Shown here piece by piece: positions 34,334-44,446 of a stretch of DNA of 50,055 bases. Each line of letters begins with the position of its first letter. Position 1 is the first letter of the stretch. The notes under the pieces were generated by a model. It was not told the origin of the DNA and made no database searches. It saw only the letters and a program-made list of their open reading frames with translations. This DNA comes from a virus (Duplodnaviria > Caudoviricetes), in the IMG/VR virus record IMGVR_UViG_3300037474_000056, positions 1 to 50,055 of that record. One strand, written 5' to 3'. The position numbers were made by a program, and so were the translations under genes.

Positions 34334-34768
34334 ATGGCGAAGTTCGTCCTGCGCAACGCGTTCATCCAGGTGAACAGCGTCAACCTGTCCGACCACTGCT
34401 CGAGCGTGACCGTCGAGTCGTCCGCGGAGGAGATCGACCTCACCGCGTTCACGTCCGCCGGCTACCGCGAGTTCGCGCAGGGGTTCAAGGACGCCACGAT
34501 CACCGCGACGTTCTTTCAGGACTACGCGTCCGCGAGCGTCCACCAGACCCTGCAGCCGCTGTACGACGCCGGTGGCACGTTCACCGTCTACGTCAAGGCG
34601 GACGCCACGACGACGTCCGCGACGAACCCGCGCGTTGAGCTGATCAACGCCCGCATGTTCGGATACTCGCCGCTCGCCGGCGCCGTCGGCGACGCGTCGA
34701 CCATGGACGTGACCTTCAGGAACGCGGGGACCGCGGGCCTGACGTACGGCACCACCGGCTCGCCGTGA
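34334..34768 (+). CDS. Major tail (tube) protein
   Basis: LSDH..SVTV......D.TAF......GFKDATI...F.QD...NP......Y.PL.G.VGD. Confidence 0.85.
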   Translation: MAKFVLRNAFIQVNSVNLSDHCSSVTVESSAEEIDLTAFTSAGYREFAQGFKDATITATFFQDYASASVHQTLQPLYDAGGTFTVYVKADATTTSATNPRVELINARMFGYSPLAGAVGDASTMDVTFRNAGTAGLTYGTTGSP

Positions 34769-34774
34769 CACACG

Positions 34775-34812
34775 AGGCCGGGGGCTATAGCGCCCCCGGC
34801 CTTCCCGTCTTT
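34775..34812 (+). terminator. Terminator-like hairpin after the tail tube gene
   Basis: 11-bp stem AGGCCGGGGGC/GCCCCCGGCCT followed by TCCCGTCTTT. Confidence 0.55.
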
Positions 34813-34902
34813 CAAAGCCCACCAACCAGTCCGGGCCACGACACCCGACCCCTCCGGGGGCATCGGACGTCACCGGTCACCGGCGAAGGAAAGGACAGCG
34901 CA

Positions 34903-35337
34903 ATGCAGCGCTCCAACAAGGACGCCTGGCTCAACGGTCCATCGGACCTTGCCGAGGCAGACGTTCACGACGTGCCCGTCAAGGGCCAGTCCGTCCGTGT
35001 CCGCGGCCTTCCCGCCGCCTACTCCAACCAGGCCACTTCGGAGGCGCTCGAGTTGATCACCGGGCCGCGTGGCGAGCAGACCGCCCACGTGAACACCGAG
35101 AAGCTCGAGGTGCTCCAGTTCGCGCACGGCGTCATCGACCCGGTCTTCACGGTCGATGAGGCCCGTCAGGTCGCGCAGAAGTTCGGCCCGGCATTCCGGA
35201 AGGTCGTCGAGAAGATCGACGAGCTGTCCGGCGTGGACAAGGAGGCGATCGAGAAGACGAACGCCGCCTTTCAGTCTGGCGGATCAGGCGAGGCAGGGGA
35301 AGACCTGGACCTTGCAGCTCCGGCCCGGGTTGGTTGA
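34903..35337 (+). CDS. Tail assembly chaperone (G)
   Basis: AAGGA RBS; between tail tube and tape measure genes; VRVRGL, IDELSG. Confidence 0.85.
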   Translation: MQRSNKDAWLNGPSDLAEADVHDVPVKGQSVRVRGLPAAYSNQATSEALELITGPRGEQTAHVNTEKLEVLQFAHGVIDPVFTVDEARQVAQKFGPAFRKVVEKIDELSGVDKEAIEKTNAAFQSGGSGEAGEDLDLAAPARVG

Positions 35338-35515
35338 CCCGATCTTCATGCACGAGCTCGCCGAGCATCTCCACATGACCGTGGGGGAGTTGTGCTGGGG
35401 CCGCGGGACGCCCATGTCTTTGCATGAGTTGTCCGTGTCCTGGCCGGCGTACTTCGCGTACAAGCAGCGAGTGAACGACAGGGCCGCCGCCAAGCCGATC
35501 CAGGAGACGTTCTAG
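35270..35515 (+). CDS. Tail assembly chaperone T segment (frameshift product)
   Basis: Overlapping +1 frame: FMHELAEHLHMTVGEL...MS..E...W.AYF. Confidence 0.7.
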   Translation, partial: FSLADQARQGKTWTLQLRPGLVDPIFMHELAEHLHMTVGELCWGRGTPMSLHELSVSWPAYFAYKQRVNDRAAAKPIQETF

Positions 35516-38500
35516 TGGCGAACCAGGCGGCTGTCCTCAGCATCCTCATCCGGGCGAACACGTCGCAGGCCAGCAGCGCCCTGTTGAAGTTCAACCAGGG
35601 CCTGACGGCCACGGAGAAGCATGCGAGCCGGACGACGAGCGTCATCGAGAAGGGCGCGAACAAGGCCGCTGACGCTCTGGAGTCGCTGGCGAAGGTCGTC
35701 GCGATCGGCGGCGGCCTCACGGTCGCCGCCGGTTTCGCGTACTCGGTGAAGAAGGCTGCCGACTTCGAGCAGCAGCTCTCCTCTCTGGGCGCGGTCGCTG
35801 ACGCTTCGGCGAAGCAGATGGACCGGCTGCGCAAGCAGGCGATCCGCGCCGGCGCCGACACGAAGTTCAGTGCGATGGAGGCCGCGCAGGCGCAGACCGA
35901 ACTCGCGAAGGGCGGCCTGAAGACCAGCCAGATCCTCAAGGGCGGGTTGAAGTCTGCGCTTGCGCTTGCCGCCGCGGGGGAGATGGAACTCGCGGACGCG
36001 GCGGAGACGACCGTGAACGCGATGAAGCTGTTCGGGTTGCGCGGCAAGGACGCGATGAAGATCGCTGACGGTCTCGCGACCGCCGCGAATCGCACGACCG
36101 CGGACGTGTCGGACTTCGCGCTCGCGTTCAAGATGGGCGGGTCGGCGGCGAAGGCCTCCGGCATGTCGTTCAAGGAGACGACAGCGGCGCTCGAGGCGCT
36201 TGCGTCGGTCGGTATCCGCGGATCGGACGCCGGCACGTCGTTGAAGGCGATGCTGGTCCAGTTGGCGTCGCCGACTGAGAAGCAGCAGAAGCTGATGAAG
36301 AAGCTCAACCTCGACTTCTTCGACAGCGAAGGCAAGATGAAGTCCCTGACGTCGGTGTCAGGGATGCTCCGTGACCGGCTGAAAGACCTCACGAAAGAGC
36401 AGCAGCTTCACGCGGTCAAGACGCTCGCGGGCACGGACGGTATGCGCGCGATGCTGTCCCTGTTTGACGCTGGCCCGCAGAAGATTGCGAAGTTCCAGCG
36501 CGAACTCAGCAAGCAGGGCACTGCGGCGGAGGTCGCCAAGAAGAAGCAGGACAACTTGAAGGGCGCGGTCGAGCAGCTCGGCGGAAGCCTTGAGACGCTC
36601 GCTATCCAGATCGGTACTGCGGCGCTGCCGACGCTGCGGGAGCTCACGGAGGATGTCGACAAGTTCGTTGACAAGGTCTCAAAGATCGTCGCGCGTGACG
36701 ACCTGGACCTAGGGGAGAAACTCGACCAGATTTTCGAGGTTGCGAAGGTTGACGCGCAGCCGTGGATCGACAAGCTCAAGGCCGCTGTCGAGAAGGCTGA
36801 CATCCCGAAGAAGATCGGGGACCTGATCAGCGCGGCGACGCCGATCATCGCCGCGGCGGCGGCGAAGGCGGCGGGGACTGCGGCGGTGTCGTTCGCTCGG
36901 GCGTTCGCTGAGGCCGACATCTGGGGGAAGCTGGTCATCGGCGGATGGCTGCTCCGGAAGATGGGCGGGCCGGGCGCGTTCAAGAAGCTCGGTGTGCTCG
37001 CCGGGGCGGAGATGGGGAAGGGCATGGCGGCCGGCGCGGCAGCGACGAGCGCGGCGGGTGGTGCTGCGGGCGCCGCGGGCGGCAGTGTCGTCAAGAACAC
37101 GGCCGCCACGGCGGGCGCGGCGGCTGCTGGCAGCGCGTCCGGTTCGTTCGCGAAGGCTGCGGCCGGTGCGGCAGCTGGCGCCGGCGCGGCGGTGCAGTCC
37201 AAGGCCGCGGCGGCGGCCTCCGCGGCGAAGGCGATTGCGCCCGCGTTCTTGGCGTTGAAGGTCGCTACGGACTTCATGAAGGACAAGTCCGATCTTGGTC
37301 TGCTCGATCAGTACGCCGACACGATCGAGCGGGTCTCCAAGAGCGGTGACGCGGCCGGGATGCGCAAGCTCGCCGACCAGATGCGCGCGACCGCGCAGGC
37401 CAACAACGACCTGACGAGGGGCAAGCATCTCCACCTGTTCGCCGACGCTCTGGATGCGACTGCCGCGAACGGCGGGCACGATCTTCGCCAGTTGCAGGAC
37501 GCCTTCCGGGTCATGGCGAAGAGCAGCGGCGGCGATCTCGAGCGGCTCCGGGACGAGTTCACCAAGACCGGCGGGAAGCTCAACCAGCTTGAGCGTGACC
37601 ACGGCGAGGTCGTCGACAACATCCGGTCGAACTGGTCGCGGCTGCGCGGCAGCACCGGGGTGACGCTGAAGGACGTCCGGGAGCAGGTCCGGTCCTCGAC
37701 GAAGATGATCAAGGCCCGGTTGGGTACGGACACCGCCGAGGGTAAGGACGCGCTCGTCCGGAACTTCAAGCTCGCCCGGCAGGCGATCCGGACGACGATG
37801 CGCGACAGCAAGGGCATCACCGCGGAGGGGCTCTCCGAGATCCGGCGGCTGATGGCGAAGGAACTCCGGGACGTCTACGGGATCAGCCCGGGTGCCGCTC
37901 TGTCGATCGCCAAGCACGGCGACATCAAGGGCAAGGCGGGACTCACCCCGGGGCCGGCTGGCCGTCAGCGCGGCGGCGCGATCTTCGGCGGAAAGCCGAC
38001 CGGGGACAGCATCCCGGCGATGCTTGAGCGCGGCGAGTACGTCATCAACCGCAAGGCGGTCGACAAGGTCGGTCGCCGCAACCTTGACCGGCTGAATTTC
38101 GGGATGGCCCCACGGTTCCAGGGCGGCGGCATCGTCGGCCTCGGCCGGGAACTCCAGCGGGAGGGGTATCAGGTCGGGGAGCACCCGGCGTTCGGCGGCG
38201 TGCACCCGGTGCATACCGGCACGTCGTATCACTACAAGGGCATGGCCCTGGACGTCAACGCGGACGGGTGGCCGGGCGGTGAGGCGGCGGCACTGGACAA
38301 GCTGTACTCCCGGTTGAAGGGCATGAGCGGGATCGTGGAGTTGCTGTGGCGGGTCGCCGGCCACTTCGACCACTTGCATGTAGCGATGTCGGGGGCCGGC
38401 GGACCGCTCGGGAACCTCGGCGGCATGGACGCGCCGAAGCTCGCCCGGCTGCTGGTGGACGGACCGCAGAGCGGCATCAAGGGGATCGTGCAGGGCGCCT

Positions 38501-40029
38501 TGGATCTGACTCGCGGCGCCGCGCAGAAGCAGCTTGACGCGGTCGCCGCGAGCTCGGGTGGCCCGGGCGGCGGCACGTACTCGAACTGGTCGGGGTCCTG
38601 GGTTGACCTCATGGGCACGATCAGCAAGGAACGCGGCTGGAACCTGGCGGATTGGAAGCGCCTGGTGGATAAGGAGTCCGGCGGGGACCCGAACGCCCGC
38701 AACCAGTCCAGCGGCGCGTACGGGCTCGGCCAGTTCCTCGGCTCCACGTTGGAGGCGTACCGCAAGTACGGGGCGGGGTCCTCGGACCCGGTTGATCAGA
38801 TCCGGGCGATGGCGCAGTACATCTCAGACCGGTACGGCAACCCGTCCGCCGCTCTGGCGTTCCACAACGCGAACAACTGGTACGCCGCTGGCGGGTCGGT
38901 CGGCAAGGCTGGAGGTACCCGGTCCGGGCTGGGGGCGCTCGGCGCGAAGGGCAACCTGACGCAGCGGCTGACCCGGGCGATGGCGCGCGGCACGGGCGTC
39001 AAGGAACTGCTCAAGAAGGTCCGCGGGATCGGGCTGCCGGCCCGGCTGGAGAAGGATCTCGCACGGCTCGCGTCGGACGCGGACGTGTTCGGGGACCGCG
39101 CGTCCCGGGCGGAGTCGCTCGGCCAGCCGGTGAATGGCAAGTCGCAGGCGGAGTGGCTCAACGACCAGCTGGCTGCCCTGTTCGCGTGGCGCAACCGGAT
39201 CATCGAGGCGGAGCAGGTCGTTGTCGCTCGCCGCCAGCAGATCGCGGACATGATCGTCCGTGCCCGCGCCAGGTTGGACGCGGTCGGCGGAGCTATCGCC
39301 GCGGCGTCCGCGGAGCGCGGGCTGCTGGCCGGGAAGCTCGAGGAGGCGCAGAAGCACCCCAAGCGCAACAAGGACCTGATCAAGACGCTGAAGGGCCGGA
39401 TCGGGAAGATCGACGCGGCGCAGAAGCAGCGCGGCAAGGTTCAGTCGGCGACGAAGAGAGCACTCGGCGGCAACAACAGCGGCCTGATCGGGCAGCGCGC
39501 GAAGCTCAACACTGCCCGCGGTGACCTGCTGTCATCGCTGGATGAGGTGCAGGGCGCCGGGTCCCCCACGGGGATCTTGAAGACGCTTCCGGCCGTGGGT
39601 GTGTTGGGTGGCCGGATCTTCGATGTGCAGATGGCGCTCCGCACGCTCGGCAGCGAGCAGGCAGTCACGGATGACAGTGCCCGCACGGGCGCTCTGGAGC
39701 AGCTGTTGCGCGAGTCGAATCTTCGGTTCGCGGTGTCGCAGGCGCAGTACAAGGTGTTCCAGGACGCACCGAAGTTCCACACGGGCGGCATCGTCCCCGG
39801 CGTCACCGGCCAGGAGGTTCCGGCGGTGGTGAAGGCCGGGGAGGGCGTGTTCACCCGGGAGCAGATGGCCGCGATGGGCGCCGGCGGCCAGGTCGTGGTG
39901 ATCGTGCAGGACGGCGCGGTCGACAAGAGCAAGATCCGTGTGATCGCCGGTGAGGAAGCGCAGCGTGTCACGAGGACGCAGGCGCGTAACAGTGCGCGCG
40001 GGTTGCCGGGACGGGGGGGCGGGATCTAA
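35515..40029 (+). CDS. Tape measure protein with peptidoglycan-hydrolase domains
   Basis: 1504 aa; TP901-type core (AADFEQQLS, TKFSAMEAA, AGTSLK); HYKGMALDV...HFDHLH and KESGGDPNA...AYGLGQF. Confidence 0.95.
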   Translation: MANQAAVLSILIRANTSQASSALLKFNQGLTATEKHASRTTSVIEKGANKAADALESLAKVVAIGGGLTVAAGFAYSVKKAADFEQQLSSLGAVADASAKQMDRLRKQAIRAGADTKFSAMEAAQAQTELAKGGLKTSQILKGGLKSALALAAAGEMELADAAETTVNAMKLFGLRGKDAMKIADGLATAANRTTADVSDFALAFKMGGSAAKASGMSFKETTAALEALASVGIRGSDAGTSLKAMLVQLASPTEKQQKLMKKLNLDFFDSEGKMKSLTSVSGMLRDRLKDLTKEQQLHAVKTLAGTDGMRAMLSLFDAGPQKIAKFQRELSKQGTAAEVAKKKQDNLKGAVEQLGGSLETLAIQIGTAALPTLRELTEDVDKFVDKVSKIVARDDLDLGEKLDQIFEVAKVDAQPWIDKLKAAVEKADIPKKIGDLISAATPIIAAAAAKAAGTAAVSFARAFAEADIWGKLVIGGWLLRKMGGPGAFKKLGVLAGAEMGKGMAAGAAATSAAGGAAGAAGGSVVKNTAATAGAAAAGSASGSFAKAAAGAAAGAGAAVQSKAAAAASAAKAIAPAFLALKVATDFMKDKSDLGLLDQYADTIERVSKSGDAAGMRKLADQMRATAQANNDLTRGKHLHLFADALDATAANGGHDLRQLQDAFRVMAKSSGGDLERLRDEFTKTGGKLNQLERDHGEVVDNIRSNWSRLRGSTGVTLKDVREQVRSSTKMIKARLGTDTAEGKDALVRNFKLARQAIRTTMRDSKGITAEGLSEIRRLMAKELRDVYGISPGAALSIAKHGDIKGKAGLTPGPAGRQRGGAIFGGKPTGDSIPAMLERGEYVINRKAVDKVGRRNLDRLNFGMAPRFQGGGIVGLGRELQREGYQVGEHPAFGGVHPVHTGTSYHYKGMALDVNADGWPGGEAAALDKLYSRLKGMSGIVELLWRVAGHFDHLHVAMSGAGGPLGNLGGMDAPKLARLLVDGPQSGIKGIVQGALDLTRGAAQKQLDAVAASSGGPGGGTYSNWSGSWVDLMGTISKERGWNLADWKRLVDKESGGDPNARNQSSGAYGLGQFLGSTLEAYRKYGAGSSDPVDQIRAMAQYISDRYGNPSAALAFHNANNWYAAGGSVGKAGGTRSGLGALGAKGNLTQRLTRAMARGTGVKELLKKVRGIGLPARLEKDLARLASDADVFGDRASRAESLGQPVNGKSQAEWLNDQLAALFAWRNRIIEAEQVVVARRQQIADMIVRARARLDAVGGAIAAASAERGLLAGKLEEAQKHPKRNKDLIKTLKGRIGKIDAAQKQRGKVQSATKRALGGNNSGLIGQRAKLNTARGDLLSSLDEVQGAGSPTGILKTLPAVGVLGGRIFDVQMALRTLGSEQAVTDDSARTGALEQLLRESNLRFAVSQAQYKVFQDAPKFHTGGIVPGVTGQEVPAVVKAGEGVFTREQMAAMGAGGQVVVIVQDGAVDKSKIRVIAGEEAQRVTRTQARNSARGLPGRGGGI

Positions 40030-42057
40030 ATGGCCGAAACGATCGTTCTGGATCACAGCGCGGCGATTCTGTCCCGCACCCAGGTTGAGATCACCCCGTG
40101 GATCAGTGACGCGGGCGTGGACTGGGGGGACGCGCAGATCGAGCAGTACCTGGCGGATGGGACGTACGGCGCGAGCCCGGTGGATTACCGGATTCCGAAC
40201 CGGACGATTACGATCCCTTTGAAGCTGCAGGAGCGGGGTACGGTGTCGTTTGAGACGGCCCGGCGGTGGTTTCAGGCGAAGGCGGCCCGGTTGCAGCAGG
40301 AGGGCGGCGCGATCACCCGGATTACGGCGACGGGGACGTTGCACGCGGATGTGGTGAACGCGTCGTTGAAGCTCGGTGGCGGGTGGGGCCAGTCCGCGAG
40401 GAGCTATGACGCGGACGCGACGTTGACGTTGACGTGCCTGCCGGATTTCTACGGCAACGAGATCACGTTGGATGACATCACGGAGACGACGAACCCTGAG
40501 CTCATCAGCACGTTGAAGCTCAGTGGGTCGAACGCGACGATCAAGGGCGACTATCCGGGGCGGGTTCGGATCGTTGTCGACGAGGACGACAACGACAACC
40601 AGTACGGGATGTTCTGGGGCATCCGCTCCAGGAACTACAGCAGCGCGACCACGGCAGCCCTCGCCTACCAGGCGGAAGCGCTGACGCCGCTGGACGCCGC
40701 GGCGACGACCGCGATCGCGGGGGCCAGCGGCGGCACGGTCGTCCGGCACAACTCGCTCGCGACGGCGTGGACGCCGGTGCTGTCGACGCAGATCCTGAGC
40801 GGCGGCGCCCAGATGACGCACCAGGGGTCCTACCGGGTATGGGCGCGCGTCTACAGCACTTCCGCGACACCGCCGGACGTCCGGCTGGTATGGGATGTCG
40901 GCGACCTCACGAACGTGACCGAGAACAATGCGTGGACCGTGCCGGCCGCGTCCCAGTTTTTCATCGGCGACCTTGGGGTCGTGCGGCTCGCTCCCGCCCC
41001 GGTCGGCACGCACCGCTGGCAGGGCATCATTCAGGCGCTCGGCGCGGCCGGGGGAGAGAACCTGTCAGTCGACCGGATCTGGTTTCAGCCGCTCGACGAA
41101 TACGCGGGTGTCCTGACCGCACCGTTCTCAAGCGCGCCAGGCTTGGTGTCGTTCTCCGCGAGGGACGAATTCACCGGCATGTCCGTGGGGGGCACGCTGA
41201 ACGGACGGGTCGCACCGACTGGCGGCACATGGTCTACGACGGGGTCCGCCGGTGACTTCCTCGGGAACGCCGGTTTCACGGGGGACGGGGTGACCGACAT
41301 GGTCGCGAGGACCGCGACCGGCACCAGGTTCGCGTTGGCTGGCACAGCCACATACTCGTCCGTCGCGGTCTCGGTCGGCAAGGCGTTCACCGGGTTCGCG
41401 AGCACGAACGCGTTCCTCGGCGCCCTCGCAAGATACGTCGACTCCAGCAACTACCTGGCTTTGAAGTGGAGCGCGAACACGGTCCGTATCGACGCCGTGG
41501 TATCCGGTGGCACGACCACACTTGACTCGGTAGCGTGGCCCACAGCGTTCCCGCCGTTTGTGTATCTGCGCATGGATCTCGTTGCCTCGACGCGAGGGGA
41601 AGCCAAGGCGTACCTCTACGACGGGCAAACCGGCGCGACCCTCGGGTCACTGAGCGGCTGGCATTCCGCGCTGGCTAGCGGTGGCGCGATCGCCACCGGA
41701 CGGGTCGGGCTCGTCGACATGGGTTCAAGCACTGGCGGCGGACCGTTCGCCCAGTATTACGACGAGTTCCTTGTGTGGCGTCCGGACCTCGATGCCGTCG
41801 CCTACGCTGGCCAGAGCCTCGAATTGCGGACCGACGGGATGCACCGGGAGGACAGCACCGGGACCGCATACGGCCCGGTAGCCCGTGTCACCGGGGACAT
41901 GCCGCGCCTGCCTGTCGCAGGTATCGAGAACCGCCCAGTCGAACTGCTGATCAAATCGACCCGCGGCGACCTCGACCAGATCCCGGACTCCGGGATCGAC
42001 GACATCAGTGCACGGGCGACGTACCGGCCGTGCTACCTCTTCCTCCCGGATAGCTGA
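40030..42057 (+). CDS. Minor tail protein (distal-tail-like, with inserted beta domains)
   Basis: First gene after the tape measure; NRTITIPL, LTCLPDFYG. Confidence 0.7.
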   Translation: MAETIVLDHSAAILSRTQVEITPWISDAGVDWGDAQIEQYLADGTYGASPVDYRIPNRTITIPLKLQERGTVSFETARRWFQAKAARLQQEGGAITRITATGTLHADVVNASLKLGGGWGQSARSYDADATLTLTCLPDFYGNEITLDDITETTNPELISTLKLSGSNATIKGDYPGRVRIVVDEDDNDNQYGMFWGIRSRNYSSATTAALAYQAEALTPLDAAATTAIAGASGGTVVRHNSLATAWTPVLSTQILSGGAQMTHQGSYRVWARVYSTSATPPDVRLVWDVGDLTNVTENNAWTVPAASQFFIGDLGVVRLAPAPVGTHRWQGIIQALGAAGGENLSVDRIWFQPLDEYAGVLTAPFSSAPGLVSFSARDEFTGMSVGGTLNGRVAPTGGTWSTTGSAGDFLGNAGFTGDGVTDMVARTATGTRFALAGTATYSSVAVSVGKAFTGFASTNAFLGALARYVDSSNYLALKWSANTVRIDAVVSGGTTTLDSVAWPTAFPPFVYLRMDLVASTRGEAKAYLYDGQTGATLGSLSGWHSALASGGAIATGRVGLVDMGSSTGGGPFAQYYDEFLVWRPDLDAVAYAGQSLELRTDGMHREDSTGTAYGPVARVTGDMPRLPVAGIENRPVELLIKSTRGDLDQIPDSGIDDISARATYRPCYLFLPDS

Positions 42058-42060
42058 CCG

Positions 42061-43704
42061 GTGCGCCTTGTTGAACGGCCGCCGCTGCGGCTGCAGGCAA
42101 TGGTCATCCCGCCTGTGGGACAGGCGTACCGGTGGGGAGACGACGCGCCCGAGGCGGGCGACGTGCTGGCCGACCTGCGGTTCAGCGACACCATGCCGGG
42201 GGGGTTCGAGTCGCTTGAAGGAACGCTCGCACGGGACCCGACCGCGGAGTTCCGTGACCTGGAGCGTTTGTCCACGATTCAGTTGCTTGACGCGGGCGGG
42301 TCTTCGGTCGTGTGGGAGGGGCGACTTGAGCGCATCCCGCGCGTTTCGGGGGACCGGATGTCCGTCGCTCCCAGCGCGGTGGGCTGGCAGTCAGCGCTCG
42401 AGGACAACAAGTCAGCGGTGCTCGTCGTCATCGACCGCACACTCGGCGCGTGGCGCGGTCCCGGCGCCGCCCGGCAACTCGCGCTCGCCGTTGCGGACAA
42501 CTCGCAGGGAGAGTTCAGTGTTGCGTCCGAGGGGGCGCTGGCGTTCACGCTCCGCGGACCGTGGGGAGGGTCAACCGCCGGGATCACCGCCGAGGCGTAC
42601 TATGAGGCGCCTGCAGGCGAGACTGTGGCGGAGGTCGCGTTCGCGTGGGCGACGAACGACAACGTCGGAACCGACGCTTCTTTCCTTCTCAGGGCTTTGA
42701 GCACAGACGACGAAGCATCGTTCCCTGAGAACTCGGCGGACGTGCTGACCGGTTCCACCTCCGGCACGTTGACCTTCAACCCGACCACCCCGCTGCGGAT
42801 GGGCGTAGTCCAGTTCCGGTACCCGACCGCCGCCGGCGGGGACGGACTGGATTACGGCGTCAGCCTGACCAATGTCCGCGTCCAGGGCTCCCACGGACTG
42901 ACCGAGCACGGCACGACCGCCGGCGAAGAAGGGTTTCTAGCGTCAGACATCGTCGCCTACGCCGTGCAGCGATGGGCGCCGATCCTGAACATCTCCTCCG
43001 ACTCGATCACCCCATCGGCGTTCGTGATACCGCAACTCACGTTCCTTGAGCCGACCACGGCAGCGGAGATCATCAAAGGCGCTACCCGGTTCAACCTTGA
43101 GGACTGGGCCGTCTGGGACAACAAGACGTTCTACTGGCACCCGCGCGGAACCCGCGGCCGGAACTGGCGGGCAATGGTCGGACCGAGCGACCTACAGGAG
43201 ACCGGCCCGCAAATCGACCGGCTTTGGGAGAGCATCGTCGTCCAGTACCAAGACGTTGACGGCTCAACGAAGACGGCAGGGCCGCCAGGGTCAGGCGCCG
43301 ACACGGAGGACGCGGCCCTCAAGGACACCGACCGCGACAACCCGGCCAACAAGCTCGGGATCGTGCGCCGCGACCTGCTCGTCATGGGAACCAGCACCCC
43401 AGCCGGCGCGATCGAAGTCGGCCGGCGGTTTCTGGAGGAAACGAAGGCGCTTGACAGCAGCGGACAAGCGAAGATCAGCGGGTACGTCACCGATGACCGC
43501 GGCGTCATCCACCCGTACTTCGCGATCCGGTCCGGGGACACGATCAGCTTCATCGACGCTGCCGACCCGAGTCCCCGAAGGATCGTCCGGGCCGACAAAT
43601 CAACCAGCGACCGGAGTTGCACCCTCGACCTCGACGCACCGCCGGAAGGTCTGCAAGCGCTATTGGAGCGGCTCGGGGTCGTGCTCGTTCCGCTCGGGCT
43701 CTAA
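42061..43704 (+). CDS. Minor tail/baseplate hub protein
   Basis: Position; FSDTMPGGF, VWEGRLE, IRSGDTI. Confidence 0.7.
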   Translation: MRLVERPPLRLQAMVIPPVGQAYRWGDDAPEAGDVLADLRFSDTMPGGFESLEGTLARDPTAEFRDLERLSTIQLLDAGGSSVVWEGRLERIPRVSGDRMSVAPSAVGWQSALEDNKSAVLVVIDRTLGAWRGPGAARQLALAVADNSQGEFSVASEGALAFTLRGPWGGSTAGITAEAYYEAPAGETVAEVAFAWATNDNVGTDASFLLRALSTDDEASFPENSADVLTGSTSGTLTFNPTTPLRMGVVQFRYPTAAGGDGLDYGVSLTNVRVQGSHGLTEHGTTAGEEGFLASDIVAYAVQRWAPILNISSDSITPSAFVIPQLTFLEPTTAAEIIKGATRFNLEDWAVWDNKTFYWHPRGTRGRNWRAMVGPSDLQETGPQIDRLWESIVVQYQDVDGSTKTAGPPGSGADTEDAALKDTDRDNPANKLGIVRRDLLVMGTSTPAGAIEVGRRFLEETKALDSSGQAKISGYVTDDRGVIHPYFAIRSGDTISFIDAADPSPRRIVRADKSTSDRSCTLDLDAPPEGLQALLERLGVVLVPLGL

Positions 43705-44234
43705 GCCGCGCGGATCACGGCGCAGACGCGGGCGTGACGGCGAGCCGTCGGGAAATACCCGTACGCCGTCTGCCAGTCCAGGATCAGCGCGCGCCCCCGG
43801 CGGTACCCGCGAGGGGAGAGCCGCAGCGCGCACGCCGCATACGCGTCCGCGAAGAACTCGCCGGGCTGATCGTCCTCTTCGGTTGACCACCACGGCGCTC
43901 CGGGCCGGAACCCCAGCAGTGGCGTGAGCCGGCCCCGGTCCGTGTCCGTGAGACGCTGATAGTCGAAGAGATGCCCGAGTTCATGCCAGCGCTCGAACGC
44001 GTCCGCACCGGCGACGAACACTTCGGCTGAGTCGACGTTCGCGCAGGCGACGACGTCGTCGCGGCCAGGGCACCCAGCCTCTCGAACCGTCCAATGGTCC
44101 GGCAGCGGCACCCCGGGCCCGACCGGCAAGCTCGCCGCTGTGTCGGTGACGCGCCCGATCTTCGCCGCGTGTACCGGGGCAGCGAGCAACAAGGTGAGAA
44201 GAATCCCGGCCACCGCGGAGCTCACGACTTGCAT
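43701..44234 (-). CDS. Secreted zinc metallopeptidase-like protein (moron)
   Basis: Signal peptide ILLTLLLAAPVHA; HELGH; downstream EFFADAY. Confidence 0.75.
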   Translation of the reverse strand: MQVVSSAVAGILLTLLLAAPVHAAKIGRVTDTAASLPVGPGVPLPDHWTVREAGCPGRDDVVACANVDSAEVFVAGADAFERWHELGHLFDYQRLTDTDRGRLTPLLGFRPGAPWWSTEEDDQPGEFFADAYAACALRLSPRGYRRGRALILDWQTAYGYFPTARRHARVCAVIRAA

Positions 44235-44446
44235 CTTGAGCACCGTACACCGGTAGCCGCCGGACCGTCTACCACCCTTAGGGGTGGACATGCAGCAGGA
44301 GACCGCACCCCTCGCCCACGGTTGGAGGCCCGGACGAGGGGCACGGCATCGTGACCCTATTAGTTCCCCGAACGTCACGCCCTCACCCATAGGTGTGACC
44401 TGTCCCTGCCTCCAGCCGCAAGCCGCACCCCCCAGATGGAGGCACG

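Noticed and set aside
40030-44446. Diversity-generating retroelement or invertible tail cassette
   Set aside because: No reverse transcriptase, no template/variable repeat pair and no inverted repeats were noticed around the tail genes.
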